From contig JASTWF010000328.1 of assembly GCA_030390025.1 (NCBI GenBank), positions 310,001 through 374,000 on the forward strand: a stretch of 64,000 bases of DNA, in the 5' to 3' direction. The translations under genes were made by a program, and so were the position numbers. Of the stretch, positions 36,233 through 46,957 are shown in pieces. The notes beneath the pieces were generated by a model that was not told the DNA's origin, searched no databases, and saw only the letters and a program-made list of their open reading frames with translations. The stretch comes from Squalus acanthias (taxonomy: Eukaryota). Numbering within the stretch: the stretch's first letter is position 1; each line of letters begins with the position of its first letter.

Positions 36233-39200
36233 TTAAGTAGCACGGAGTCCAGTTCTACGGAGTACTGCTTCTGCAGAGTACTTAACTCGGGAATTGGTGA
36301 GTGAGGGAATTCGGTGAGGTGGGGGTAAGAGGTGCTGCTTGGCACATAAAAAATTATATAAACAACTAGGGTTAAATTAGGACTGTGGGCTAAGTTACAG
36401 TAAAGACTTAAAGCATATAACTACATTTAATAAATTAAACAAAGGTTATTACCGAGATTAAAAACTATTAATAGCCTATTGAGTATTTCAAAACTTGAAA
36501 ACCTAATTAGTTAAATAAAATACAATAGAGATGGCAGGGCAGGTGATGTGTTGCAGCTGTAGCATGTGGGAGCTGGTGGAGCCCAGTGTGATCCACAGCA
36601 ACCACATCTGCAGTAAGAGTCTGCAGATGGTGGAACTTCGGCTCAGAGTTGATGAGCTGGAGTCCGAGCTTCGGACACTGCGATACATCAGGGATGGAGA
36701 AAGTTACCTGGACACTTTGTTCCCGGAGGCAGTCACACCCCTTAGGTTAAATCCTTCAGATTTGGTCCGTGGTCAGGGACAGGAGGGTGTGACTACGAGT
36801 GAGGCAGGAATGGGGATCCAGAAGTTAACATTGGAGGAGCCTCAGCCCTTGCACTTGTCGAACAGGTACGAGGTTCTTGCAGCCTGTGTGGACGAGAGCA
36901 GGGACTGCAGGGAGGAGGAGCAAACTGACCCCAGCACCGTGGTACAGGGGGCCATTCACGTTGGGGGAGTAAAAAGGAATGTAGTAGTGGTAGGGGACAG
37001 TATAGTTAGGGGGATAGATACTGTTATCTGTAGCCGAGAGCATGAGTCCCGAAGGCTATGTTGCCTGCCCGGTGCCAGGGTTAAGGACATCTCCTCTGGG
37101 CTGGAGAGGAACTTTGAGTGGGAGGGGAAGGATCCAGTTGTCGTGGTCCACACAGGTACCAAGAACATAGGCAGGACTAAGAAAGAGGTTCTACTGAGGG
37201 AGTACGAGCAGCTCGGGGCTAAATTAAAAAGCAGAACCACAAAGTAATCTCTGGATTACTACGTGAGCCACGAGCAAATTGGCATCGGGTGAATAAGATC
37301 AGAGAGTTGAATGCGTGAGTCAAGGATTGGTGTGGGAGAAATGGGTTTCAATTCATGGGGCACTGGCACCAGTACTGGGGAAAGAGGGAGCTGTTCCGTT
37401 GGGACGGGCTTCACTTGAAGCGTGCGGGGACCAGTGTCCTGGCGAATCAAATAACTAGGGCTGTAGATAGGGCTTTAAACTAAATAGTGGGGGGGAGGGT
37501 TCAGGTGAGGGGAAACCTAGAAAGTTAAAGAGAAAGGACAAGGCAATAGTGCAGGGTAGCGATAGGGGTAATGATAACCAGAGTGTGACAGGAAGGGACA
37601 GAGCGTACAAGCATAAGAGTGCACCAGCAAATAAGGTCAGAGTAGGGAAAAATGGTAAAAAGACAAAATTAAAGGCTCTTTATCTGAATGCACGCAGCAT
37701 TCGTAACAAGATAGATGAATTGACGGCACAAATAGAAATAAATGGTTATAATCTGATAGCCATTACAAAGACGTGGTTGCAAGGTGACCAAGGCTGGGAA
37801 CTGAATATTCAGGAGTATTTGACATTTCGGAAGGATAGGCAGAAAGGAAAAGGAGGTGGGGTAGCTCTGTTAATAAAGGATGAGATCAGTACAGTTGTGA
37901 GAAATGATCTTGGCTCGGAAGATCAAGATGTAGAATCAGTTTGGGTGGAGATAAGAAATAATAAGGGAAAGAAGTCACTGGTGGGTGTGGTCTATAGGCC
38001 CCTTAACAGTAGCTACACTGTGGGACAGAGTATAAATCAAGAAATAATGGGGGCTTGTAAGAAAGGTACTGCAATAATCGTGGGTGATTTTAATCTTCAT
38101 ATAGATTGGACAAATCAAATTGGCAAAGGTAGCCTTGAGGACGAGTTCATAGAGTGTATTCAGGACAGATTCTTGGAACAATATGTTGTGGAACCCACCA
38201 GGGAACAGGCTATTTTCGATCTGGTAATGTGTAATGAGACAGGATTAATTAATGATCTCATAGTAAAGGATCCTCCAGGGAACCTGCTCATAACATGATA
38301 GAATTTCACATTCCGTTTGAGGGCGAGAAACTTGGCTCTGAAACTAGTGTCTTAAACTTAAATAAAGGCAATTACTCGGGTATGAAGACAGAGTTGGCTA
38401 AAGTGAACTGGGAAAATAGATTAAAAGTTAAGACGGTAGATAAGCAGTGGCAGACTTTTAAGGAGATATTTCATAACTCTCAGCAAAGATACATTCCAGT
38501 GAGAAAGACTCTGAGAAGGATGAACTAAGGAAGTTAAGGAGGGTATCAAATTGAAAGAAAAGGCGTACAATGTTGTGAAGATTAGTGGTAGGCCAGAAGA
38601 TTGGGAAATTTTTTGAGACTTGCAAAGGATGACTAAAAAAATAATAGAGGGAGAAAATTGATTGAGAGTAAACTAGCAAGAAATATAAAAACCAGACAGT
38701 AAGAGCTTCTACAAGTATATAAAAAGGAAGAGAGTAGCTAAAGTAAACGTTGGTCCCTTAGAGGATGAGACTGGGGAATTAATAATGGGAAACAAGGAAA
38801 TGGCAGAGACTTTGAACAAATATTTTGTATCTGTCTTCACGGGAGAAGACACTAAAAGCATCCCAATAATAGTGGAAAATCAAGAGGCAAAAGGGAGGGA
38901 GAAACTTAAAACAGTCACTATCACTAGAGAAAAAGTACTAGGCAAACTAATGGGACTAAAGAAAGAAAGACTTGCATTTATATAGCGCCTTTCACGACCA
39001 CCGGACGTCTCAAAGCGCTTTACAGTCAATGAAGTACTTTTGAAGTGGAGTCACTGTTGTAACGTGGGAAACGCAGCAGCCAATTTGCGCACAGCAAGGT
39101 CCCACAAACAGCAATGTGATAATGACCAGATAATCTGTTTTTGTTATGTTGGTTGAGAGATAAATATTGACCAGGACACCGGGGATAACTCCCCTACTCT

Positions 39201-40808
39201 TCTTTGAAATAGTGCCATGGGATCTTTTACGTCCAGTCCCCTGGACCTGATGGCCTGCACCCTAGGGTCTTAAAAGAAGTGGCTGCAGAGATAGTGGATG
39301 CGTTGGTTGTAATCTTCCAAAATTCCCCAGACTCTGGAAAGGTCCCAGCCGATTGGAAAACCGCAAATGTAACGCCCATATTCAAGAAAGGAGGGAGACA
39401 GATAGCAGGAAACTGTAGGCCAGTTAGCCTAACATCTGTCATTGGGAAGATGCTGGAATCCATTATTAAGGAAGTAGTAGCAGGACATTTAGAAAATCAT
39501 AATACAATCAAGCAGAGTCAACATGGTTTTATGAAAGGGAAATCGTGTTTGATAAATTTATTAGAGTTCTTTGAGGATGTAACGAGCAGGGTGGATAAAG
39601 GGGAACCAGTAGATGTAGTGTATTTGGATTTCCAAAAGGCATTCGATAAGGTGCCACGTAAAAGGTTACTACACAAGATAAGAGCTCATGGTGTTGGGGG
39701 TAATATATTAGCATGGATAGAGGATTGGCTAACTGACAGAAAACAGAGAGTCGGGATAAATGGGTCATTTTCAGGTTAGCAAACTGTAACTAGTGGGGTG
39801 CTACAGGGATCAGTGCTGGGGCCTCAACTATTTACAATCTATATTAATGACTTGGATGAAGGGACCGTGTGTACTGTAGCCAAATTTGCTGATGATACAA
39901 AGATAGGTGGGAAAGCAAGTTGTGAGGAGGACACAGAGTGTCTGCAAAGGGATATAGATAGGTTAAGTGAGTGGGCAAAAATTTGGCAGATGGAGTCTAA
40001 TGTGGGAAAATGTGAGCTTATCCACTTTGGTAGGAAGAATAGAAAAGCAAAATATTATTTAAATGGAGAGAGACTACAGAACGCTGCGGTACAGAGGGAT
40101 CTGGGTGTCCTCGTACATGAAACACAAAGAGTTAGCATGCAGGTACAGCAAGTAATTAGGAAGGCAAATGGAATGTTGGCCTTTATTGCAAGGGGGATGG
40201 AGTATAAAAGTAGGGAAGTCTTGCTACAACTGTACCACACCTAGAGTACTGCGTACAGTTTTGGTCTCCTTATTAAAGGAGGGATATACTTGCATTGGAG
40301 GCAGTTCAGAGAAGGTTCACTAGGTTGATTCTGGAGATGAAGGGGTTGTCTTATGAGGAAAGGTTGAGCAGGTTGGGCCGATACTCATTGGAGTTTAGAA
40401 GAATGAGAGGTGATCTTATTGAAACATATAAGATTCTGAGGGGGCTTGACAGGGTAGATGCTGAGAGGATGTTTCCCCTCGTGGGGGAATCTAGAACTAG
40501 GGGGCACAGTTTCAGAATAAGGGGACGCCCATGTAAGACGGAGGTGAGGAGGAATTTCTTCTCTGAGGGTCGTGAATCTTTGGAATTCTCTACCCCAGAG
40601 AGCTGTGGAGGCTGAGTCATTGAATATATTCAAGGCTGAGATAGACAGATGTTTGAACTACAGGGGAGTCGAGGGTCATGGGGAACAGGCAGAAAAGTGG
40701 AGTTGAGGCCAAGATCAGATCAGCCATGATCTTATTGAATGGCCGAGCGGGCTCGAGGAGCCGAATGGCCGACTCCTGCTCCTATTCCTTATGTTCTTAT
40801 TCTTATGA
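36233..40808 (+). mobile_element. Near full-length CR1 (5' UTR, ORF1 zinc finger/leucine zipper/esterase, ORF2 EN-RT), inactivated
   Basis: ORF1 from 36531: CCSCSMW..HICSK, LSNRYEVL, VVVGDSIVRG, CLPGARVKD. ORF2 from ~37549 has several frameshifts and a SINE insertion. TTCTTATG tail. Confidence 0.92.
38958..39235 (-). mobile_element. Deu-domain SINE 3' part (SacSINE1-like) inserted in CR1 ORF2
   Basis: Minus strand reads AAAAGATCCCATGGCACTATTT..CAGATTATCTGGTCATTATCACATTGCTGTTTGTGGG..AAAGGCGCTATATAAATGCAAG(TCTT)n. It interrupts MGLK|(AD)KSPGPDG. Confidence 0.85.
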
Positions 40809-41741
40809 TTTACAGACGGGAAACTCAAACCAAACTTCATATCAAGATCTGAGAGAGTCACTGGATTCATCAGGACCTGAAATTCATGGGCCTTTGAGTG
40901 TGGAAGGAGAAATGTTTGTTCTGTCTGTGGGAAAAGATTTCAAACATCAGTGTGACTGGAAAAGCACCGACACACACACACCCGAGTGAGAGTGTTCCAG
41001 TGCACTGACTGTGGAAAGAGGTTTAACCAGTTACACAGCCTGAAAAAACATCGCACCATTCACAGCGGGGAGAAACCGTACACGTGTTCTGTGTGTGGAC
41101 GAGGCTTCAACTGATGGTCCAACCTGGAGAAACGCAAGGACACCCGCACCACGGAGAAACGGTGGAAATGTGGGGACTGTGGGAAGGGATTCGATTGCCC
41201 ATCCCAGCTGGAATCTCATCGACGCAGTCACACCGGGGAGAGGCCGTTCACCTGCTCCGAGTGTGGGAAGGGATTCACTCTGTTGTCCAGCCTCCACTTA
41301 CACCAGCGAGTTCACACTGGGGAGAGACCTTTTAAATGCTGTGACTGTGGGAACTGCTTTAAAATCTCTGCCGATCTAATTAAACACCAGCTTGTTCACA
41401 CTGACGAGAGACCGTTCAGTTGCACTCACTGCGAGAAGAGCTTCAGGCAGTCGTCTCACCTCATTCAACACCAGCGAGTTCACACCGGGGAGAGGCCGTT
41501 CACCTGCTCCGTGTGCGGGAAGGGATTCACTTCTGCATCCAATCTTCGGACACACCAGCGAGTTCACACTGGGGAGAGGATGTTCACCTGCTCCGTGTGT
41601 GGGAAGGGATTCACTCAGTCCTCCAACCTGCTGAGACACCAGCGAGTTCACACTGGGGAGAGGCCGTTCACCTGCTCCGTGTGTGGGAAGGGATTCAGTC
41701 GACCATCTCACCTGCTGACACACCAGCGAGTTCACAAGTGA
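40809..41741 (+). pseudogene. C2H2 zinc-finger exon: degenerate 5' fingers then 7 canonical fingers, no ATG ahead of the intact array
   Basis: Same spacer as the other copies (LQTGNSNQTSYQDLRESLDSSGP). TGA at 41112-41114; open frame to 41741 with ACG at 41151 before [10 protein letters not shown]. The acceptor region is replaced by a CR1 tail. Confidence 0.7.
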
Positions 41742-42054
41742 CTGCAGGGGTTAGATTCTGAAGTTAATCACATCCTTTGTTTGTTTGTGCTGATGTTAAT
41801 AACCCCGATAACTGGGCTGGAGTTTAAGTTTCTGGATATCTGTCGAACCAGTTTTGGTGTAAACACACCCTGTGTTGTGTTCTTTATTTCTGTAAGATAG
41901 GAGGAGACTAATTGATGTCCTTTCTCATTCTAGATTATTTCAGTTCTTCTACCTTCAGTTACTCTCATGGACAAGTCCCAGCTCCCCATACCTTCCAGAG
42001 TGCCTCTCCTAGCCTTGGGATCCAGGGAAGGTGTCTGTTTTGGTGTAAATTTAT

Positions 42055-42715
42055 TTACAAGTACTTCCAGAAGGCATTTGATAAAGTCCCACACAAGAGA
42101 CTGTTATCTAAGGTAGAAGCCCACGGAAATGAGGGCAAATTATTGACCTGGTTAGGAAATTGACTGAGTGGCTGGAGACGGAGAGTAGGGATAATGGGCC
42201 GGTACTCAAATTGGCAGGATGTGACTAGTGGTGTCCCGCAGGGATCTGTGTTGGGGCCTCAAATATTCACAATATTTATTAACGACTCAGATGATGGCAT
42301 AGAAAGTCATCTATCCAAATTTGCCGATGACACAAAGATAGGCGGCATTGTCGGCAGTTTGGATGAAAGCGTAAAATTACAAAGGGATATCGACAGACTA
42401 AGTGAATGGCAAATGGATTTCAATGTAGGCAAATGTGAGGTCATCCACTTTTCACCATTTAGAAAGTGCCCTGCTCGATCCTTTTTAGGTTCAAAGCTAA
42501 AAACAGTGAATGTCCAAAGAGACTTGGGGGGTCGAGGTACAGAGATCATTAAAATGTCATGAACAGGTACAGAAAATAATCAAAAAGGCTAATGGAATGC
42601 TGGCCTTTATATCGAGAGGACTAGAATAGAAGGGTGTAGAAGTTATGCTGCAGCTATACAGAACCCTGGTGAGACCACACCTGGAGTACTGTGAGCAGTT
42701 CTGGGCACCACACCT
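42055..42715 (+). mobile_element. CR1 RT fragment
   Basis: [20 protein letters not shown] and FADDTK motifs. Confidence 0.9.
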
Positions 42716-42955
42716 GTCACTTTAATTCTCCGCTCCACTCCCTCTCTGTCCTCGGCCTCTTACACTGTTCCAACGAAGCTCAACGTAAGCTCGAGGAACA
42801 GCACCTCCTCTTTCGATGAGGCACTTTACAGCCTTCTGGACTCAACATCGAGTTCAACAATTTCAGACCAGAACCTCTGCCCCTATCTTTTCAGACGGCA
42901 GCTGTTGATGATTCTGCCATTCCCATTTGCAGCATTTAACCACTCCTGCCTTCCA
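42716..42955 (+). mobile_element. Penelope-like element fragment (GIY-YIG endonuclease C-terminus plus 3' sequence)
   Basis: Translates to CHFNS..HS.LSVLGLLHCSNEAQRKLEEQHLLFR*GTLQPSGLNIEFNNFR, the typical PLE C-terminus. Confidence 0.75.
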
Positions 42956-42959
42956 CCCT

Positions 42960-43173
42960 ATCATAAATATTGCCGGTGTAGCCGCTGCTTGTTGGGACAG
43001 ACCCGGGGAGAAGAGAGTTCTGAATCCACTATTATCTCTGATCTCGGGATCGGTAACTATACTCTGTCTGTATTATTGCAGTGCTGTTAATAAAGTCAAT
43101 AAAAGACAATCTGTTGTTGTGAGCTTGATTATCTGGTGTCTGAAACCACAAGACTCCATTTTTAGAGTCAACA
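42960..43173 (+). mobile_element. LTR 3' fragment (R/U5-like)
   Basis: CATAAATA, AATAAA and terminal GTCAACA. Shares GAATCCACT, TCTGTATTAT and GTGAGCTTGATTATCTGGT with the minus strand of 11398-11620. Confidence 0.6.
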
Positions 43174-43191
43174 AGGTGAACAAGTAAACAC

Positions 43192-45715
43192 ATCACTTGC
43201 AGGTGATGGTGTTCCCATGCGCCTGCTGCCCTTGTCCTTCTAGGTGGAAGAGGTCGCGGGTTTGGGAGGTGCTGCCGAAGAAGCCTTGGCGAGTTGCTGC
43301 AGTGCATCTTGTAGATGGTACACACTGCAGCCACGGTGCACCGGAGGTGGAGGGAGTGAATGCTAAGGTGGTAGATGGGGTGCCAATCAAGCGTGCTGCT
43401 TTGTCCTGGATGGTGTCGAGCTTCTTGAGTGTTGTTGGAGCTGCACTCATCCAGGCAAGTGGAAAGTATTCCATCACACTCCTTACTTGTGCCTTGTAGA
43501 TGGTAGAAAGGCTTTGGGGAGTCAGGAGGTGAGACACTCGCCGCAGAATATCTAGCCTCTGACCTGCTCTTGTTGCCACAGTATTTATGTGGCTGGTCCA
43601 TTTAAGTTTCTGGTCAATGGTGACCCCCAGGATGTTGATGGTGGAGGATTCGGCGATGGTAATGCCGTTGAATGTCAAGGGCAGGTGGTTAGACTCTCAC
43701 TTGTTGGAGATAGTCATTGCCTGGCACTTCTGTGGCGCGAATGATACCTGCCACTTATCAGCCCAAGCCTGAACGTCATCCACGTGTTGTTGTATATGGC
43801 ATGGACTGCTTCATTATCTGAGGAGTTGCGAATGGCACTGAACACTGTGCAGTCATCAGCGAACATCCCCATTTTTGACCTTTTGATGGAGAGAAGGTCA
43901 TTGAAGAAGCAGCTGAAGATGGTTGGGCCTAGGACACTGCCCTGAGGCACTCCTGCAGCGATGGCCTGGGGCTGTGATGATTGACCACCAACCACTACAA
44001 CCATCTTCCTTTGTGCTAAGTATGACTCCAGCCAGTGGAGCGATTTCCTCCCAATTCCCATTGACTTCAGTTTTACAAGGGCTCCTTGATGCCACACTCG
44101 GTCATAAGAACATAAGAAATAGGAGCAGGAGTAGGCCATTTGTCCCCTCGAACCTGCTCCGCCATTCAATAAGATCATGGCTGATCTGATCTTGGCCTCA
44201 ACACCACTTTCCTGCTCGTTACCCATATCCCTTGACTCCCTTATCGTTCAAAAATCTGTCTATCTCCACCTTAAATATATTCAATGACTCAGCCTCCACA
44301 GCTCTCTGGGGTAAAGAATTCCACAGATTCACGACCTTCTGAGAGAAGAAATTCCTCCTCATCTCCATTTTAAATGGGCAACCCCTTATTCTGAAACTAT
44401 GCCCCCTAGTTCTAGATTCCCCCACGAGGGGGAACATCCTCTCTGCATCTACCCTGTCAAGCCCCCTCAGCATCTTTAATTTTTCAATAAGATCACCTCT
44501 CATTCTTCTAAACTCCAATGAGTATAGGCCCAACCTGCTCAACCTTTCTTCATAAGACAACCCCTTCAACTCAGGAATCAATCTAGTGAACCTTCGCTGA
44601 ACTGCCTCCAATGTAAATATATCTCTCCTTAAATAAGGAGACCAAAACTTTACACAGTACTCCAGGTGTGGTCTTACCAATACCCTGTACAGTTGTAGCA
44701 GGACATCCCTACTTTTATACTCCATCCCCCTTGCAATAAAGGTCAACATTCCATTTGCCTTCCTAATTACTTGCTGTAACTGCAGGCTAACTTTTTGCGT
44801 TTCCTGTACAAGGTCAAATGCTGCCTTGAGGTCAAGGGCAGTCACTCTCACCTCACCTCTGGAATTCAGATCTTTTGTCCATGTTTGGGCCAAAGCTGTA
44901 ATGAGGTCTGGAGCCGAAGCTAAACTGGGCATCAGTGAGCAGGTTATTGGTGAATAAGTGCCTCTTGATAGCACTGTCACCGACACCTTCCATCAATTTG
45001 CTGTTGATTGAGAGTAGACTGATGGGGCGGTAATTGGCCGGGTTGGATTTGTCCTGCTTTTTGTGGACAGGACATTCCTGGGCAGTTTTCCACATTGTTG
45101 CATAGATGCCAGTGCTGTAGCTGTACTGGAACATCTTGGCTAGCGGTGCAGCTAGTTCTGGAGCACAAGTCTTCAGCACAACAACCGAGATGTCGTTGGG
45201 GCCCATAGCCTTTGCTGTATCCAGTGCGCTCAGCCGTTTCTTGATATCACGTGGATTGAATCGAATTGGCTGAAGACTGGCTTCTGTGAAGGCTGGGACC
45301 TCAGGAGGAGGCAGATATGGATCATCCACTCAGCAATTCTGGCTGAAGATGGTTGCAAACGCTTCAGCCTTGTCTTTTGCAATCACGTGCTGGGCTCCAC
45401 CATCAGTGAGGATGGGGATATTCATGGAGCCTCCTCTTCCTGTTAGTTGGTTAATGGTCCACCACCATTCACGACTGGATGTGGCAGCACTGCAGAGCTT
45501 TGATCTGATCCGTTGATTGTGAGATTGCTTAGCCCTGTCTATAGCATGCTGCTTTCGTTTTTTAGCATGCATGTAGTCCTGTGTTGCAGCTTCCCCAGGT
45601 TGGCACCTCATTTTTTTGTACACATGGTGCTGCTCCCGGCATGCTCTTCAACACTCCTTATTGAACCAGGGTTGGTCCCCTGGCTTGATGGTAATGGTAG
45701 ATTGAGGGATATGCC
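43192..45715 (-). mobile_element. Divergent CR1/jockey-group LINE ORF2 fragment, interrupted at 44105-44811
   Basis: [46 protein letters not shown] and ILGVTIDQKLKW. Clearly a different lineage from the other CR1 copies here. Confidence 0.85.
44105..44811 (-). mobile_element. CR1 3' fragment nested in the older LINE
   Basis: Octamer tail; GGTCA repeated at both junctions (44100-44104 and 44812-44816). Confidence 0.9.
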
Positions 45716-45717
45716 AG

Positions 45718-46024
45718 GACAGAGTGAGGGATTCACCAGTGCTGTGAGATGAGGCTCACTGTTAATACTGCAGGAGTGGGACCAGTACCAGCACTGACAG
45801 AGTGAGGGATTCACCAGTGCTGTGTGATAAGGCTCACTGTTAATACTGCAGGAGTGGGACCAGTACCAGCACTGACAGAGTGAGGGATTCACCAGTGCTG
45901 TGTGATGAGGCTCACTGTTAATACTGCAGGAGTGGGTTCAGTACCAGCACTGACAGAGTGAGGGATTCACCAGTGCTGTGAGATGAGGCTCACTGTTAAT
46001 ACTGCAGGAGTGGGTCAGTACCAG
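45718..46024. repeat. 78-bp minisatellite, ~4 copies
   Basis: GACAGAGTGAGGGATTCACC recurs at 45718, 45796, 45874 and 45952. Confidence 0.95.
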
Positions 46025-46029
46025 TTCTG

Positions 46030-46620
46030 GTGACGTGTGATTACTTAAGCGGTGCGTCCGGCGCAGGCGCAATGGGAAGGGCCACGCCCCTCAACAACGG
46101 CAGCCGCTGTGGGCGGGGCTAAAACCTCATCCGCGCGCTGCCGGGCCTCGCGCTGAGGCGGTTTAACGGCCGCGCTGGGTCACATCAGGAGCCACGTGAC
46201 CCCCCTTTGCTGCCAGCGCCTTTCAACAGTGTGGGCGTTGCCCTGTGGCGTTCCGGGCTGCGATTGGTGGGCTTAGCTGTCAATCTACGAGTCGCAGCCA
46301 ACAGAAGAGACGGACTCAGTGATCGACATTAAATTGTTGTGCGGGTGCGCTCTGTGGCCGCAGTGCGCATGCTCGGTGCAGCGCCCTGTCCCCGGATGAC
46401 GCGCAGGCTCCTGTAAAATTCGGTTGAGGAAGAAACGGTTCCCGGAGATAAAATGGCCGAGTTACCGGGAGCGGCTGGGAACCGGACTGAGGAGCGGCGG
46501 ATGGAGCCGGATCAGAGACTGGGCGGGCGGCGATGGTGCGGGTGAGTGTGGGGAGAATCAGAGACATTTACAGCAGCGCCGGCCGACAGAGAGCGAGCGA
46601 ACCTCCCCAGGCCCGAGCCC
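46030..46620 (+). promoter_or_regulatory. CpG-island promoter with candidate first exon ending at 46541
   Basis: NRF1-like GCGCAGGCGCA and TGCGCATGC, GC boxes, CACGTG, ATTGG, and consensus donor CGG|GTGAGT at 46542. Confidence 0.65.
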
Positions 46621-46624
46621 CAGT

Positions 46625-46956
46625 CCCCGAGCCTGCTCCACCATTCAATCAGATCAAACAATCCATCTCTCTCACAACATCAGGAGCAGGAGTGGGTGAC
46701 CCGGCCCCGAGCCTGCTCCACCATTCAATCACATCAAACAATCCATCTCTCTCACAACATCAGGAGCAGGAGTGGGTGACCCGGCCCCGAGCCTGCTCCA
46801 CCATTCAATCACATCAAACAATCCATCTCTCTCACAACATCAGGAGCAGGAGTGGGTGACCCGGCCCCGAGCCTGCTCCACCATTCAATCACATCAAACA
46901 ATCCATCTCTCTCAGAGCATCAGGAGCAGGAGTGGGTGACCCGGCCCCGAGCCTGC
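46625..46956. repeat. 80-bp minisatellite, ~4 copies, derived from a CR1 3' end
   Basis: CCCCGAGCCTGC recurs at 46625, 46705, 46785, 46865 and 46945. Units contain AGGAGCAGGAGT and GAGCCTGCTCCACCATTCAAT, as in the reverse CR1 3' hairpin. Confidence 0.9.
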
Positions 46957-46957
46957 C

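Noticed and set aside
12301..41741. Named ZNF orthologs or KRAB/SCAN/BTB domains
   Set aside because: Only generic C2H2 repeats are visible and no effector domain is recognisable, so no gene symbol was given.
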